Source: an uncultured Myxococcales bacterium
GTDB lineage: Bacteria; Myxococcota_A; UBA9042; CAIXZC01
Reading direction: 5' to 3'
Length of the DNA stretch: 64,000 nt
Assembly: GCA_903895725.1 (NCBI GenBank)
Contig: CAITUV010000048.1
Span: 8,474-72,473 of the forward strand
The position numbers and the translations under genes are program-made. The notes under the pieces were generated by a model. It was not told the origin of the DNA. It saw nothing but the letters and a program-made list of their open reading frames with translations, and ran no database searches. Shown piece after piece: positions 47,529 to 55,992 of the stretch (the stretch's first letter is position 1; every line of letters starts with the position of its first letter).

Positions 47529-48890
47529 TTAGAACGTGTAGACCACGGTGGTCGTGTGCGAGCCGACGGAGATGGTCACGTTGTCCACGACCCCTTCGGC
47601 ACCGCCCGGAATGTAGAAGCTTGCTGTGCCCGTGGCATCGGACAGCGGAGACTCGCTCTTGGTGTAGCCGTCGGTCCCGACGATGCTGAAATTGATGGTG
47701 CAGCCCGGGATCGGGGGAATCGTTGAGGCCGTGACCGTGACTCCTTCGCCCGGGCCCGGGTCGACCGGGTTGGGGGTCGCACTGACGCCGGAAACCTGCT
47801 CGCACGTGCCGAACTGGGAGGGATCGGCCGGAGTGACCGTCGGCGGTCCAGGGGGAGTTCCGGTGTTCGGATCACCCGGCTCGAAGTCGACCACGACGAC
47901 CTGGCCGCCATCCACGCCGAAGTCCTCGATCACGATGGGCTCCTTCCCCTCGACCTGGATGATCAGCGTCCCCTTTCCCGGGAACTGGAGAGGCACGACC
48001 TCACCGACCTTCCCTTCGTGGGTCTGCATCGTGCAGTAGCCGCCGTCGACGCTGTCGCTCTTGCCACCGCTGCAGTAGCTCCACAGGAATTTCACGCCCA
48101 GGCCGATCGCCGCAGCGCCCAGGATGGTACCTCCGACCAGCACGCCTCCGGATGCACCGGCAAGCACGAGGCCGGCCTTGACCACGAATCCGCCCGCCAC
48201 CGTAGAGCCGGCAGCCAGACCGGTCCCGACTGCGTCGAGCGTCTGCGTCTTCTTCAGCTCGTTGACCGCCTGGTAGTACTGATCGTCGTCGATCCGCCCT
48301 TCGTCATGCGCCTTTTCGAGCTTGGCAATCTTCTCCTTGGTCGTTCCGATGAGCTGGCCGACGTTGAAGGGAAGGGTCACTGGCACGCCCGGCACGGTCA
48401 GGATGGGGCCGTCCGCCTTGCCCATGGAGTCGCCCTTGTACCCGGCAAACTGCTTGGCATAGCCGTTGAGGGTCAGGACCGAAACCAGCCACTGGTCGCC
48501 GGCGGCGTTGACCGCCTTGGTCTTCTCGATGAACGTGGCGACGTCGGACGTGTCGGCCATGGCAAACACCTGGTACGCCTCGATGAAGTCCTTGTTGGAG
48601 GACAGGACCTGTCCGGCAGCAGTCTGGTAGGCGGTCACGAGCTCGGGCAGGGAGCCGGTCTGCGGCACCTGGACCTCGGGCAGCGTCACCCCCTCGGGAG
48701 GAGTGAACGAAGTGTCCGCGGTTCCCACTACGTCGACCCCGGGCGGAACGACCAGGGAATCGGGCTCTCCGACCACGTCGTACGTGTTCTCGAAGACGTC
48801 GGAGCCTTCGAAGAGCCAGTCGCAGCCGGTGCCGGAAATGGCGAGGAGAGCACTCACGCTCAACAGGAGAACGGTCTTGGCAATGTTCAT
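47529..48890 (-). CDS. Lipoprotein with a central glycine-zipper hydrophobic segment and a C-terminal Ig-like (Big-type) domain
   Basis: Strong RBS GAAGGAGGTGA before 'MNIAKTVLLLSVSALLAISGTGC'. 'GLAAGSTVAGGFVVKAGLVLAGASGGVLVGGTILGAAAIGLGV' (GxxxG-rich). The track ORF to 49001 overextends. Confidence 0.75.
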   Translation of the reverse strand: MNIAKTVLLLSVSALLAISGTGCDWLFEGSDVFENTYDVVGEPDSLVVPPGVDVVGTADTSFTPPEGVTLPEVQVPQTGSLPELVTAYQTAAGQVLSSNKDFIEAYQVFAMADTSDVATFIEKTKAVNAAGDQWLVSVLTLNGYAKQFAGYKGDSMGKADGPILTVPGVPVTLPFNVGQLIGTTKEKIAKLEKAHDEGRIDDDQYYQAVNELKKTQTLDAVGTGLAAGSTVAGGFVVKAGLVLAGASGGVLVGGTILGAAAIGLGVKFLWSYCSGGKSDSVDGGYCTMQTHEGKVGEVVPLQFPGKGTLIIQVEGKEPIVIEDFGVDGGQVVVVDFEPGDPNTGTPPGPPTVTPADPSQFGTCEQVSGVSATPNPVDPGPGEGVTVTASTIPPIPGCTINFSIVGTDGYTKSESPLSDATGTASFYIPGGAEGVVDNVTISVGSHTTTVVYTF

Positions 48891-49119
48891 GGAAGTCACC
48901 TCCTTCAATCCGGCAGATGGTACTGTTCCGGGCCGAGCTGTCAATTCCGAGGGAGCGTCTCCCGTGCGGCAGGCCGTGCGGGACGCCGCAGGCGGGCGCA
49001 ACCGCTATCGAGCTGCCCGAAACTGCAGTCGGCTTGACGTGTGCGTGCGCCTGGGGGACGATACGGCCGACCTGGCGGGAGGGAGGCAGGTGGCGATCGA
49101 AGGGCGGACTGGCACACCG

Positions 49120-49923
49120 ATGTTTCAGCGAAGCGAGCTGCTGCTCGGTCCGACGACCGTGAAGGCACTCTGGGGCACCCGGGTGATTCTGTTCGGCGTC
49201 GGCGGGGTCGGGAGCTGGTGCGCTGAGGCGCTGGTAAGGAGCGGTGTTGGTCACCTGGCGATCGTGGACTCGGACAGCGTCTGTATCACAAACGTGAACC
49301 GGCAGCTCCAGGCGACGCCGGCGACGGTAGGCCGCATCAAGGTGGAGGTGCTGGCCCGACGACTGAGGGAGATAAGCCCCGACGCGGAGATCGTGGTCTT
49401 CCCGATTGCCTATGACGAGAGCACTTCGGACTCGTTCGGACTCGAGCGCTACGACTATGTGCTCGATGCCATCGATTCCCTGAGTCACAAGCTGGGGCTC
49501 ATCCGGAAGGCATTGTCGCTCGGGTGTCGGCTGTACTCGTCCATGGGCGCTTCGGCACGGCTCGACCCGACGAAGGTGAGGGTCGGGTCCCTCTGGAAGA
49601 CCCGAGATTGCCCGCTCGCCATGCGGGTTCGCAAGCGGCTCAGGAAGCACGGAATCACGACTGCTCTCACGGTGGTATACAGCGAAGAGCTGCCGATGGA
49701 GAGCCTGGAAACCTCGGATTGCGGGACTCCTGCCTGCCACTGTCCACGGCGGGCCATCGCTGAATCGGGCGAAGAGGTGGAGGGGCACGAATGGTGCAGC
49801 TCCAAAGCGTACATCAACGGTTCAATCATGCCGGTCGTGGCGACGTTCGGGATGTCCCTGGCGAGTCTCGTGATACGGGATGTGCTGGAGCGCAGCGGCG
49901 GCAGAGAGGGGAAGGGCCCATGA
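49120..49923 (+). CDS. tcdA: tRNA threonylcarbamoyladenosine dehydratase (ThiF/MoeB-family E1-like, TcdA/CsdL)
   Basis: 'ILFGVGGVGSWCAEALVRSGVGHLAIVDSDSVCITNVNRQ'. An alternative GTG start lies at 49090. The track start at 48703 overlaps the minus-strand gene. Confidence 0.8.
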   Translation: MFQRSELLLGPTTVKALWGTRVILFGVGGVGSWCAEALVRSGVGHLAIVDSDSVCITNVNRQLQATPATVGRIKVEVLARRLREISPDAEIVVFPIAYDESTSDSFGLERYDYVLDAIDSLSHKLGLIRKALSLGCRLYSSMGASARLDPTKVRVGSLWKTRDCPLAMRVRKRLRKHGITTALTVVYSEELPMESLETSDCGTPACHCPRRAIAESGEEVEGHEWCSSKAYINGSIMPVVATFGMSLASLVIRDVLERSGGREGKGP

Positions 49924-52088
49924 GTCGGCTTGCTGCGGTTTTGTGCATCGTGGCGGCTCTCGCGATTCCGGCAACGGCGGAGGCTGTGACGATGAGCCTC
50001 GTCAGTGAGAGCCAGCCGTTCCCCGGAATCACGCTGAAGCAGTACAAGACGACCTCGCCCAAGACCAACTGTTGGGCGGTGCTCGTCGACCTGTGCGCCG
50101 ACTACGTCCACGTGGATGCGACGCCGGATCCTTCCGGACCCAAGACCGTGGCGCAGTTCGGACAGGACTCGGGCGTCCAGGTGGCGGTCAACGGGGACTT
50201 CTACAAGTCGCCACCGGCCCACGTATACGGCGCCGCTGTCGGGGGAGGGATTCAGTGGCCGTCGGTCAAGCAGGGCTTTGACCCGAGCTACTCCGGCGAG
50301 TGGTTTTTCATGAAGTACGGCTGGCTCGCATTCGGACACGACCTGGTCGAGCACAACCACACGAAATGGGTCAAGCAGAACGTCGCCGGGCTGACCTCTG
50401 GCTGGGAGCCGACCGACGTGGTGACGTCGATTCCGGCTGGAACGCTGGCGCTGGTCAGCGGGTTCTCCCAGCTTGTGATTGATGGGGAGCCGGTGACCTG
50501 CCCGGACCCGACGGCCAGCAGCTGTTTCCCGGACCGCTCCGACATGCGGGATCGTCACCCTCGCACCGCCATGGGAATCACGGAAGATCGAAAGACCTTC
50601 ATCCTGTTCGTGGTCGACGGTCGGACCGATGTTTCCATCGGCATGTACGGGACCGAGCTGGCCGACGTGATGCACAAGCTGGGGGCGCACCAGGCCTTCA
50701 ACCTGGACGGTGGCGGGTCGAGCCAGCTCTGGGTGAAGGGCAAGGGGACGGTCAACGATGCCAACGGCAACAACAACGGCGGAGGCCTTCGCCCCGTGCT
50801 CAATCATTGGGGCGTTTTTGCAGGGCCCGCGAGCGGGAAGGCCAAGCGACCTGGCCATTGCGTGTCGAGCCCGGCATGCGCCGTGCTGCCTCCGGAAGGC
50901 GGTACGCTGGACGACTCCGGACCGTGTTTTGCTGCGTTTGGGACGCCGGAGTACTGGCGAACCGAGGCTGCTGGCTTCGAGGGGGGCCTGCACTGGACCA
51001 ATGCCTGGAAGACGACGGTCCCCGACAACTGGGCCTGGTGGCAGGTCCACCTGGCCGAGGGGGGTAAGTATCGGGTCGACTACTATGCGGTCCCTGAGTT
51101 CGCCGTGTTCAAGAAGACCCACTACGAGGTAAGGGCGTCGGGAACCTTGACGAAGCTCTCCGTGGATCAGTCGATTGCCGACGGTTGGACCGAGCTGGGG
51201 GAGTTCGACTTCTCGGCAGGCGGGGGGCAATGGGTGTCCGTCTTCGATGACACGCCGGCAACCGTTGCGGATGACCAGCACATCGTGGCGGATGCCATCC
51301 GACTGGTCCGCCTGGATCCGTGGTGTGGGAACGGGCAGTGCGACGGGACCGAGGAGTGCGGCTCGTGCGTCGAGGACTGCGGGGAGTGCCCCGAGCCTTG
51401 CGGCAACAGCGAATGCAAGGAGGGCGAGAGCTGCGAAACGTGCCCCGCCGACTGCGGAGACTGCCCCGAGAGCTGCGGCGACGGGTCGTGTGGGGCGGAG
51501 GAGAGCTGCAGCAGCTGCCCGGCTGATTGCGGGGAGTGCCCGGAAACATGCGGCAACGGGAGCTGCGCCTCGGGGGAGAGCTGCGAGAGCTGCCCCGAGG
51601 ACTGCGGGGAGTGCTCCGGCTCGTGCGGGAACGGTCTGTGCGACGCGTGGGAGAGCTGCGCCACCTGTCCGGCCGAGTGCGGCAACTGTCCCGATACCTG
51701 CGGCGACGGCCTGTGCGACGAGTGGGAGAACTGCGGAACCTGTCCGAAGGATTGCGGCTCCTGCGTTCCGGACGTTCAGGAAGCACGGCCCGAGAGCGAC
51801 ATTCAAAGCGAGCCCGAGCTGGTGCCGGAGACCCTCCCGGAAGCCGAGGTCCTTTGCGCCGGCGATGCCTGCCCCGTGCATGGTGACAGCGCGTCCTTTG
51901 AGGAGCCGTGGGAAGTGGCCCCGTCGGTCGAGCCGGCTCCGGAATCGAATGGCGATTCGGCGGGCAGCTGCAGTGCTGCGGTCCATCGACGCCCAGACAG
52001 CGGACCGGTCGCGCTCCTTGCTCTGGCCATGCTGCTCATCGCGATCATCCTGAGACGAAGGCCTTGCGGCGCTGGTGGAGCGGATTGA
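49920..52088 (+). CDS. Secreted protein with a phosphodiester-glycosidase (NAGPA 'uncovering-enzyme'-like) domain, a 6x25-aa CGxGxC-x-CPxDCGxC repeat array, a Pro/Glu linker, and a MYXO-CTERM-like C-terminal sorting signal
   Basis: ATGA overlap with tcdA. Signal peptide 'MSRLAAVLCIVAALAIPATAEA'. NAGPA-like 'GVQVAVNGDFY...RTAMGITEDRKTFILFVVDGR...AFNLDGGGSSQLWV'. Repeats 'CGNSECKEGESCETCPADCGDCPES'. C-terminal 'GSCSAAVHRRPDSGPVALLALAMLLIAIILRRRP'. Confidence 0.85.
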   Translation: MSRLAAVLCIVAALAIPATAEAVTMSLVSESQPFPGITLKQYKTTSPKTNCWAVLVDLCADYVHVDATPDPSGPKTVAQFGQDSGVQVAVNGDFYKSPPAHVYGAAVGGGIQWPSVKQGFDPSYSGEWFFMKYGWLAFGHDLVEHNHTKWVKQNVAGLTSGWEPTDVVTSIPAGTLALVSGFSQLVIDGEPVTCPDPTASSCFPDRSDMRDRHPRTAMGITEDRKTFILFVVDGRTDVSIGMYGTELADVMHKLGAHQAFNLDGGGSSQLWVKGKGTVNDANGNNNGGGLRPVLNHWGVFAGPASGKAKRPGHCVSSPACAVLPPEGGTLDDSGPCFAAFGTPEYWRTEAAGFEGGLHWTNAWKTTVPDNWAWWQVHLAEGGKYRVDYYAVPEFAVFKKTHYEVRASGTLTKLSVDQSIADGWTELGEFDFSAGGGQWVSVFDDTPATVADDQHIVADAIRLVRLDPWCGNGQCDGTEECGSCVEDCGECPEPCGNSECKEGESCETCPADCGDCPESCGDGSCGAEESCSSCPADCGECPETCGNGSCASGESCESCPEDCGECSGSCGNGLCDAWESCATCPAECGNCPDTCGDGLCDEWENCGTCPKDCGSCVPDVQEARPESDIQSEPELVPETLPEAEVLCAGDACPVHGDSASFEEPWEVAPSVEPAPESNGDSAGSCSAAVHRRPDSGPVALLALAMLLIAIILRRRPCGAGGAD
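51324..51764 (+). repeat. Six tandem 75-bp (25-aa) coding repeats, CG(N/D)GxCxxxExCxxCPxDCGxCPxx
   Basis: Periodicity visible at both DNA and protein level. Confidence 0.7.
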
Positions 52089-52142
52089 CAACGGGCTTGC
52101 GCGTGTGGTTTGCTGGCAGGAAGGTTGACGGTGGAGGTCGGC

Positions 52143-55100
52143 ATGATCGCACGGAAGCACTTCTGGCTCGTTGCTTCGCTCCTGTTTTCTGCCGGATGCG
52201 GCGGCGGGGGAGAGATCATCTCGATCGAGGATGTTGCGCTGGACCAGGCGGGAGAGACTGCGGACGCGGTCATGGCTCCCGAGGTCTCCGAGGCCGCGGC
52301 GGACCTCGTCCCCATCCCGGATGCGACACCCGAAGCAGCAGTCGATGCCACGCTGCCGGACGGCTGGGTCGAGCCCGGCGCGTTTGGAGCCCCGTGCTTT
52401 GGCGGGACCGATTGTGCCTCAGGGCTCTGCATCCGGACGACGGCCGGCATGCAGTGCACGGGGCCGTGCGTCGACGAGTGCCCGCAGGGGTTCAAGTGCG
52501 TTTCGTACGAGGGAGGCGGGCCGGACATCATGTTCGTGTGCGTCGATCCGTTCCTGACCCTGTGCCGTCCCTGCTCGACCAATGCGGACTGCCAGGGCAA
52601 CGAGGATGCGTGGGCGGGGGAGCGGTGTGCGTCCTACGGTGCTGCCGGCAGCTTCTGCTCCATGCCGTGTGCGCAGGTGGACGACTGTCCGGCAGGCTAC
52701 CTCTGCGAGGAGACCGTGGATTCAAGCGGGGCATCGTCGCTCCAGTGCGTGCTGGCCGAGGGCGAGTGCGAATGCCCGCAGTGGTTTGCGGACGAGGGGG
52801 CTTCGACCTCGTGCTTCGTGGAGAACGAGTGGGGAACGTGCTCCGGTACGCGGGCCTGCACGGCAGCGGGGCTGGCGGCGTGCACGGCAGCGGTCCCGGC
52901 CAAGGAGAGCTGCAACGGGCTCGACGATGACTGCGACGGCCAGGACGACGAGGAGACTGCAGGCGGAACCTGCCCCGTCGTCAACGAGCTCGGCACCTGC
53001 CCGGGCACCACGCTCTGCCTGGACGGAACCGAGACCTGCCAGGGCGCTGCCGCGGCCCCGGAGCAGTGCGACGGGTTGGACAACAACTGTAACGGTACCA
53101 AGGACGAGGGGTTCCCCGATGCAGACGGGGACGGGACCGCAGATTGCCTGGAGAACGACAAGGACAACGACCTGGTGCCGGACTACCTCGACAACTGCCC
53201 GTCGGTGGCCAACTCGGAGCAGAAAGACTTCGACCTGGATACCCTGGGCGATGCGTGCGATCCCGACGACGACGGCGACAAGACCGGGGATGCAACGGAT
53301 TGTGCCCCGCTCGACGACAAGGTGTACCCCGGTGCGACCGAGACCTGCGACGGCAAGGACAACGACTGCAACTACGTTGTGGACGAAGGGTTCCCGGATG
53401 CCGACGTCGACGGCTGGAAGGACTGCACCGACCCGGACGACGACAACGACGGCAGCGCGGATGCTGCAGACTGTATGCCGCTTGACGCGGAGGCTCACCC
53501 CGGTGCAGTCGAGACCTGCAATGGCAAGGACGACGACTGCGACTTTGCCATCGACGAGACCTTTCCCGATCTGGATGGCGACGGACAGGCGGACTGCGTG
53601 GACAGCGACGTCGACGGCGACGGTCTCGGCAACGGCGACGACAACTGCCCCCAGGTCGCCAACGCGGATCAGACCGACCTCGACGGCGACCAGGTAGGCG
53701 ATGCCTGCGACCCGGACAAGGACGGCGACGCCATCCCCGAGCTTGCGGACAACTGCCCGCTTACCAAGAACCCGGCCCAGGCCGATACCGACCAGGATGG
53801 ACAGGGCGATGCCTGCGACGATGACGACGACGGCGACGGCTACGGCGACGGCGCCGACAACTGCCCGCTTGCCAAGAACCCGTCCCAGGCCGACCTCGAC
53901 CAGGATGGCGTCGGAGACGCGTGCGAGGGGGATCTGGACGGTGACGGTACTCCGGATTCCCTCGACTGTGCGCCGCTGAACGCCACCGTGCACCCCGGGG
54001 CATTCGAGGCCTGTAACGGCGCGGACGACAACTGCAATGGAACCGTGGACGAGGGGGCACCGGACACGGACTTCGACGGTTTCAAGAACTGTGTCGACCC
54101 GGACGATGATGGGGACGGCGACCCGGATGACGCGGACTGTGCGCCGCTCAACCTTGCGGTGCACCACGCTGCGGTCGAGAGCTGCAACGCCATCGACGAT
54201 GATTGCGACGGCCAGATCGACGAGGGGCTCGGGGCACTTTCGTGCGGGAAGGGCGTGTGCGCTCACAAGATTCCCGCCTGTCTCGACGGCAAGCAGCAGA
54301 CTTGCGATCCATTCCAGGGAATCCAGGAAGAAGTGTGCGACGGCAAGGACAACGATTGCGATGGGTTGACGGACGAGGACCAGGGCAAGCTGACGTGCGG
54401 CCTCGGGACGTGCGTGCACACCGTACCCGCCTGCCAGGAGGGGAAGGACAACGTGTGCGACCCCGCAGCCGGTGCCGTCCAGGAAGTGTGTGACGGCAAG
54501 GACAACGACTGCGATGGGGCGGTGGACGAGGAGCTGGGACAGCTCGCCTGCGGCAAGGGCGTCTGCTTCCATACGGTCAAAGCCTGCATCGGCGGAGAGC
54601 CTCAGCCATGCGAACCGTTCCAGGGAGCTTTGCCCGAAGCCTGTGACGGGCTGGACAACGACTGCGACGGAAGCGTCGACGAGAATCTGGGGGAGACATC
54701 CTGCGGCCTGGGTCCCTGCGAGCACACGGTCCCCTACTGTGCCGGGGGCAAGGTGCAGCAGTGCAACGCGTTCGAGGGCGCTGCCGTCGAGGCCTGCGAC
54801 AGCGTGGACAACGACTGCGACGGGCTGGTCGACGAGGACATGGGGTTTGCGAGCTGCGGTCTGGGCGTCTGCTTCCACATCGTCAAGCTCTGCTCCGGCG
54901 GGGTGCTCCAGGTGTGCGATCCGCTGGAGGGCGCTGCCGGGGAGGCGTGCGACGGCGTGGACAACGACTGCGATGGCATCGCCGATGACGGGTTGGGCGA
55001 CATCACCTGCGGCCTGGGGGAGTGCGTCCACACGGTTCCCGTCTGCAAGGAGGGCAAGCAGAACAGCTGTGATCCGCTCGAGGGGGAATCCCCCGAGGCG

Positions 55101-55955
55101 TGCGACGGCAAGGACAACGATTGCGACGGTCAGACGGACGAGTCCTTCGCCGACCAGGACGGCGACGGCCAGGCAGACTGCGTCGATCTCGACGACGATG
55201 GCGACGCGGATCCGGATGGGACGGACTGTGCACCGCTCGATCCGACCATCGGCTCCAACCAGAAGGAGAAGTGCTTCGACGGCAAGGACAACGACTGCGA
55301 CGGAAGCACCGACGACGATCCGGAGTGCATTCTCAAGAGCTGCGCCGAGCTCCTGGCCTCGAACCCCGCACTGCCGTCGGGGACCTACACGATTGACCCG
55401 GACGGCGGGGGCGGGAAGCCCTCGTTCGCCGCGTGGTGCGAGATGGCGCTGGACGGAGGGGGCTGGACCCTGGTCTGGAAGCACTCCTACTACGAAGTGG
55501 GGGCACCGACGGACACCATGCGCTTCTACAGCACCAGCGCAAAGGAGTGCAAGGACACGACGGCCGGATGGTGCAATGTGCCGGGCAAGCTGTCCGTTGG
55601 CAAGACGCAGCAGCTCGTCATCGCCACCTACCAGGGGACGACCGTTTACGCTTACAAGGGGGACTTGAATCCCAAGATCGACTCGAGCTGGGAAGGCGCC
55701 ATACTCAAGAACGCAACCAGCCTGGTCGACAAGTGCGTCAACAACGTGGGAGTGGCCCCGGAGCCCGAGGTGGGAGGGCATGCGATGCCCGGCATCACGT
55801 TCGACAAGGCGACCCCCAACGACTATGTGTCCAATTGCGATACGGATCGGTACGGAGGGGGCTCGGATTGCCGCTGGGAGAACTGCGGTCTGCCGGGAAA
55901 CATCGCCCCCTCGAGCACTCACGTGCAGATGACCGTGATGATCTACGTGCGCTGA
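52143..55955 (+). CDS. Cys-rich lipoprotein with a thrombospondin type-3 repeat array, seven or so MopE-like CDGKDNDCDG modules, and a C-terminal fibrinogen-related domain (FReD)
   Basis: RBS GGTGGAGG. 'MIARKHFWLVASLLFSAGCGGGG'. TSP3: 'DNCPSVANSEQKDFDLDTLGDACDPDDDGD', 'DNCPQVANADQTDLDGDQVGDACDPDKDGD', 'DNCPLAKNPSQADLDQDGVGDACEGDLDGDG'. FReD: 'CAELLASNPALPSGTYTIDPDGGGGKPSFAAWCEMALDGGGWTLVWKHSY...'. Confidence 0.85.
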   Translation: MIARKHFWLVASLLFSAGCGGGGEIISIEDVALDQAGETADAVMAPEVSEAAADLVPIPDATPEAAVDATLPDGWVEPGAFGAPCFGGTDCASGLCIRTTAGMQCTGPCVDECPQGFKCVSYEGGGPDIMFVCVDPFLTLCRPCSTNADCQGNEDAWAGERCASYGAAGSFCSMPCAQVDDCPAGYLCEETVDSSGASSLQCVLAEGECECPQWFADEGASTSCFVENEWGTCSGTRACTAAGLAACTAAVPAKESCNGLDDDCDGQDDEETAGGTCPVVNELGTCPGTTLCLDGTETCQGAAAAPEQCDGLDNNCNGTKDEGFPDADGDGTADCLENDKDNDLVPDYLDNCPSVANSEQKDFDLDTLGDACDPDDDGDKTGDATDCAPLDDKVYPGATETCDGKDNDCNYVVDEGFPDADVDGWKDCTDPDDDNDGSADAADCMPLDAEAHPGAVETCNGKDDDCDFAIDETFPDLDGDGQADCVDSDVDGDGLGNGDDNCPQVANADQTDLDGDQVGDACDPDKDGDAIPELADNCPLTKNPAQADTDQDGQGDACDDDDDGDGYGDGADNCPLAKNPSQADLDQDGVGDACEGDLDGDGTPDSLDCAPLNATVHPGAFEACNGADDNCNGTVDEGAPDTDFDGFKNCVDPDDDGDGDPDDADCAPLNLAVHHAAVESCNAIDDDCDGQIDEGLGALSCGKGVCAHKIPACLDGKQQTCDPFQGIQEEVCDGKDNDCDGLTDEDQGKLTCGLGTCVHTVPACQEGKDNVCDPAAGAVQEVCDGKDNDCDGAVDEELGQLACGKGVCFHTVKACIGGEPQPCEPFQGALPEACDGLDNDCDGSVDENLGETSCGLGPCEHTVPYCAGGKVQQCNAFEGAAVEACDSVDNDCDGLVDEDMGFASCGLGVCFHIVKLCSGGVLQVCDPLEGAAGEACDGVDNDCDGIADDGLGDITCGLGECVHTVPVCKEGKQNSCDPLEGESPEACDGKDNDCDGQTDESFADQDGDGQADCVDLDDDGDADPDGTDCAPLDPTIGSNQKEKCFDGKDNDCDGSTDDDPECILKSCAELLASNPALPSGTYTIDPDGGGGKPSFAAWCEMALDGGGWTLVWKHSYYEVGAPTDTMRFYSTSAKECKDTTAGWCNVPGKLSVGKTQQLVIATYQGTTVYAYKGDLNPKIDSSWEGAILKNATSLVDKCVNNVGVAPEPEVGGHAMPGITFDKATPNDYVSNCDTDRYGGGSDCRWENCGLPGNIAPSSTHVQMTVMIYVR
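53157..53950 (+). repeat. Thrombospondin type-3-like Ca-binding repeat array (D-x-D-x-D-G-x-x-D-x-C / DNCP-x-x-x-N-x-x-Q-x-D)
   Basis: Motif recognition; see the parent CDS. Confidence 0.7.
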
Positions 55956-55992
55956 GCAGAAGGTGACAGTCTTTCAACCGGGAGATGCCGTC

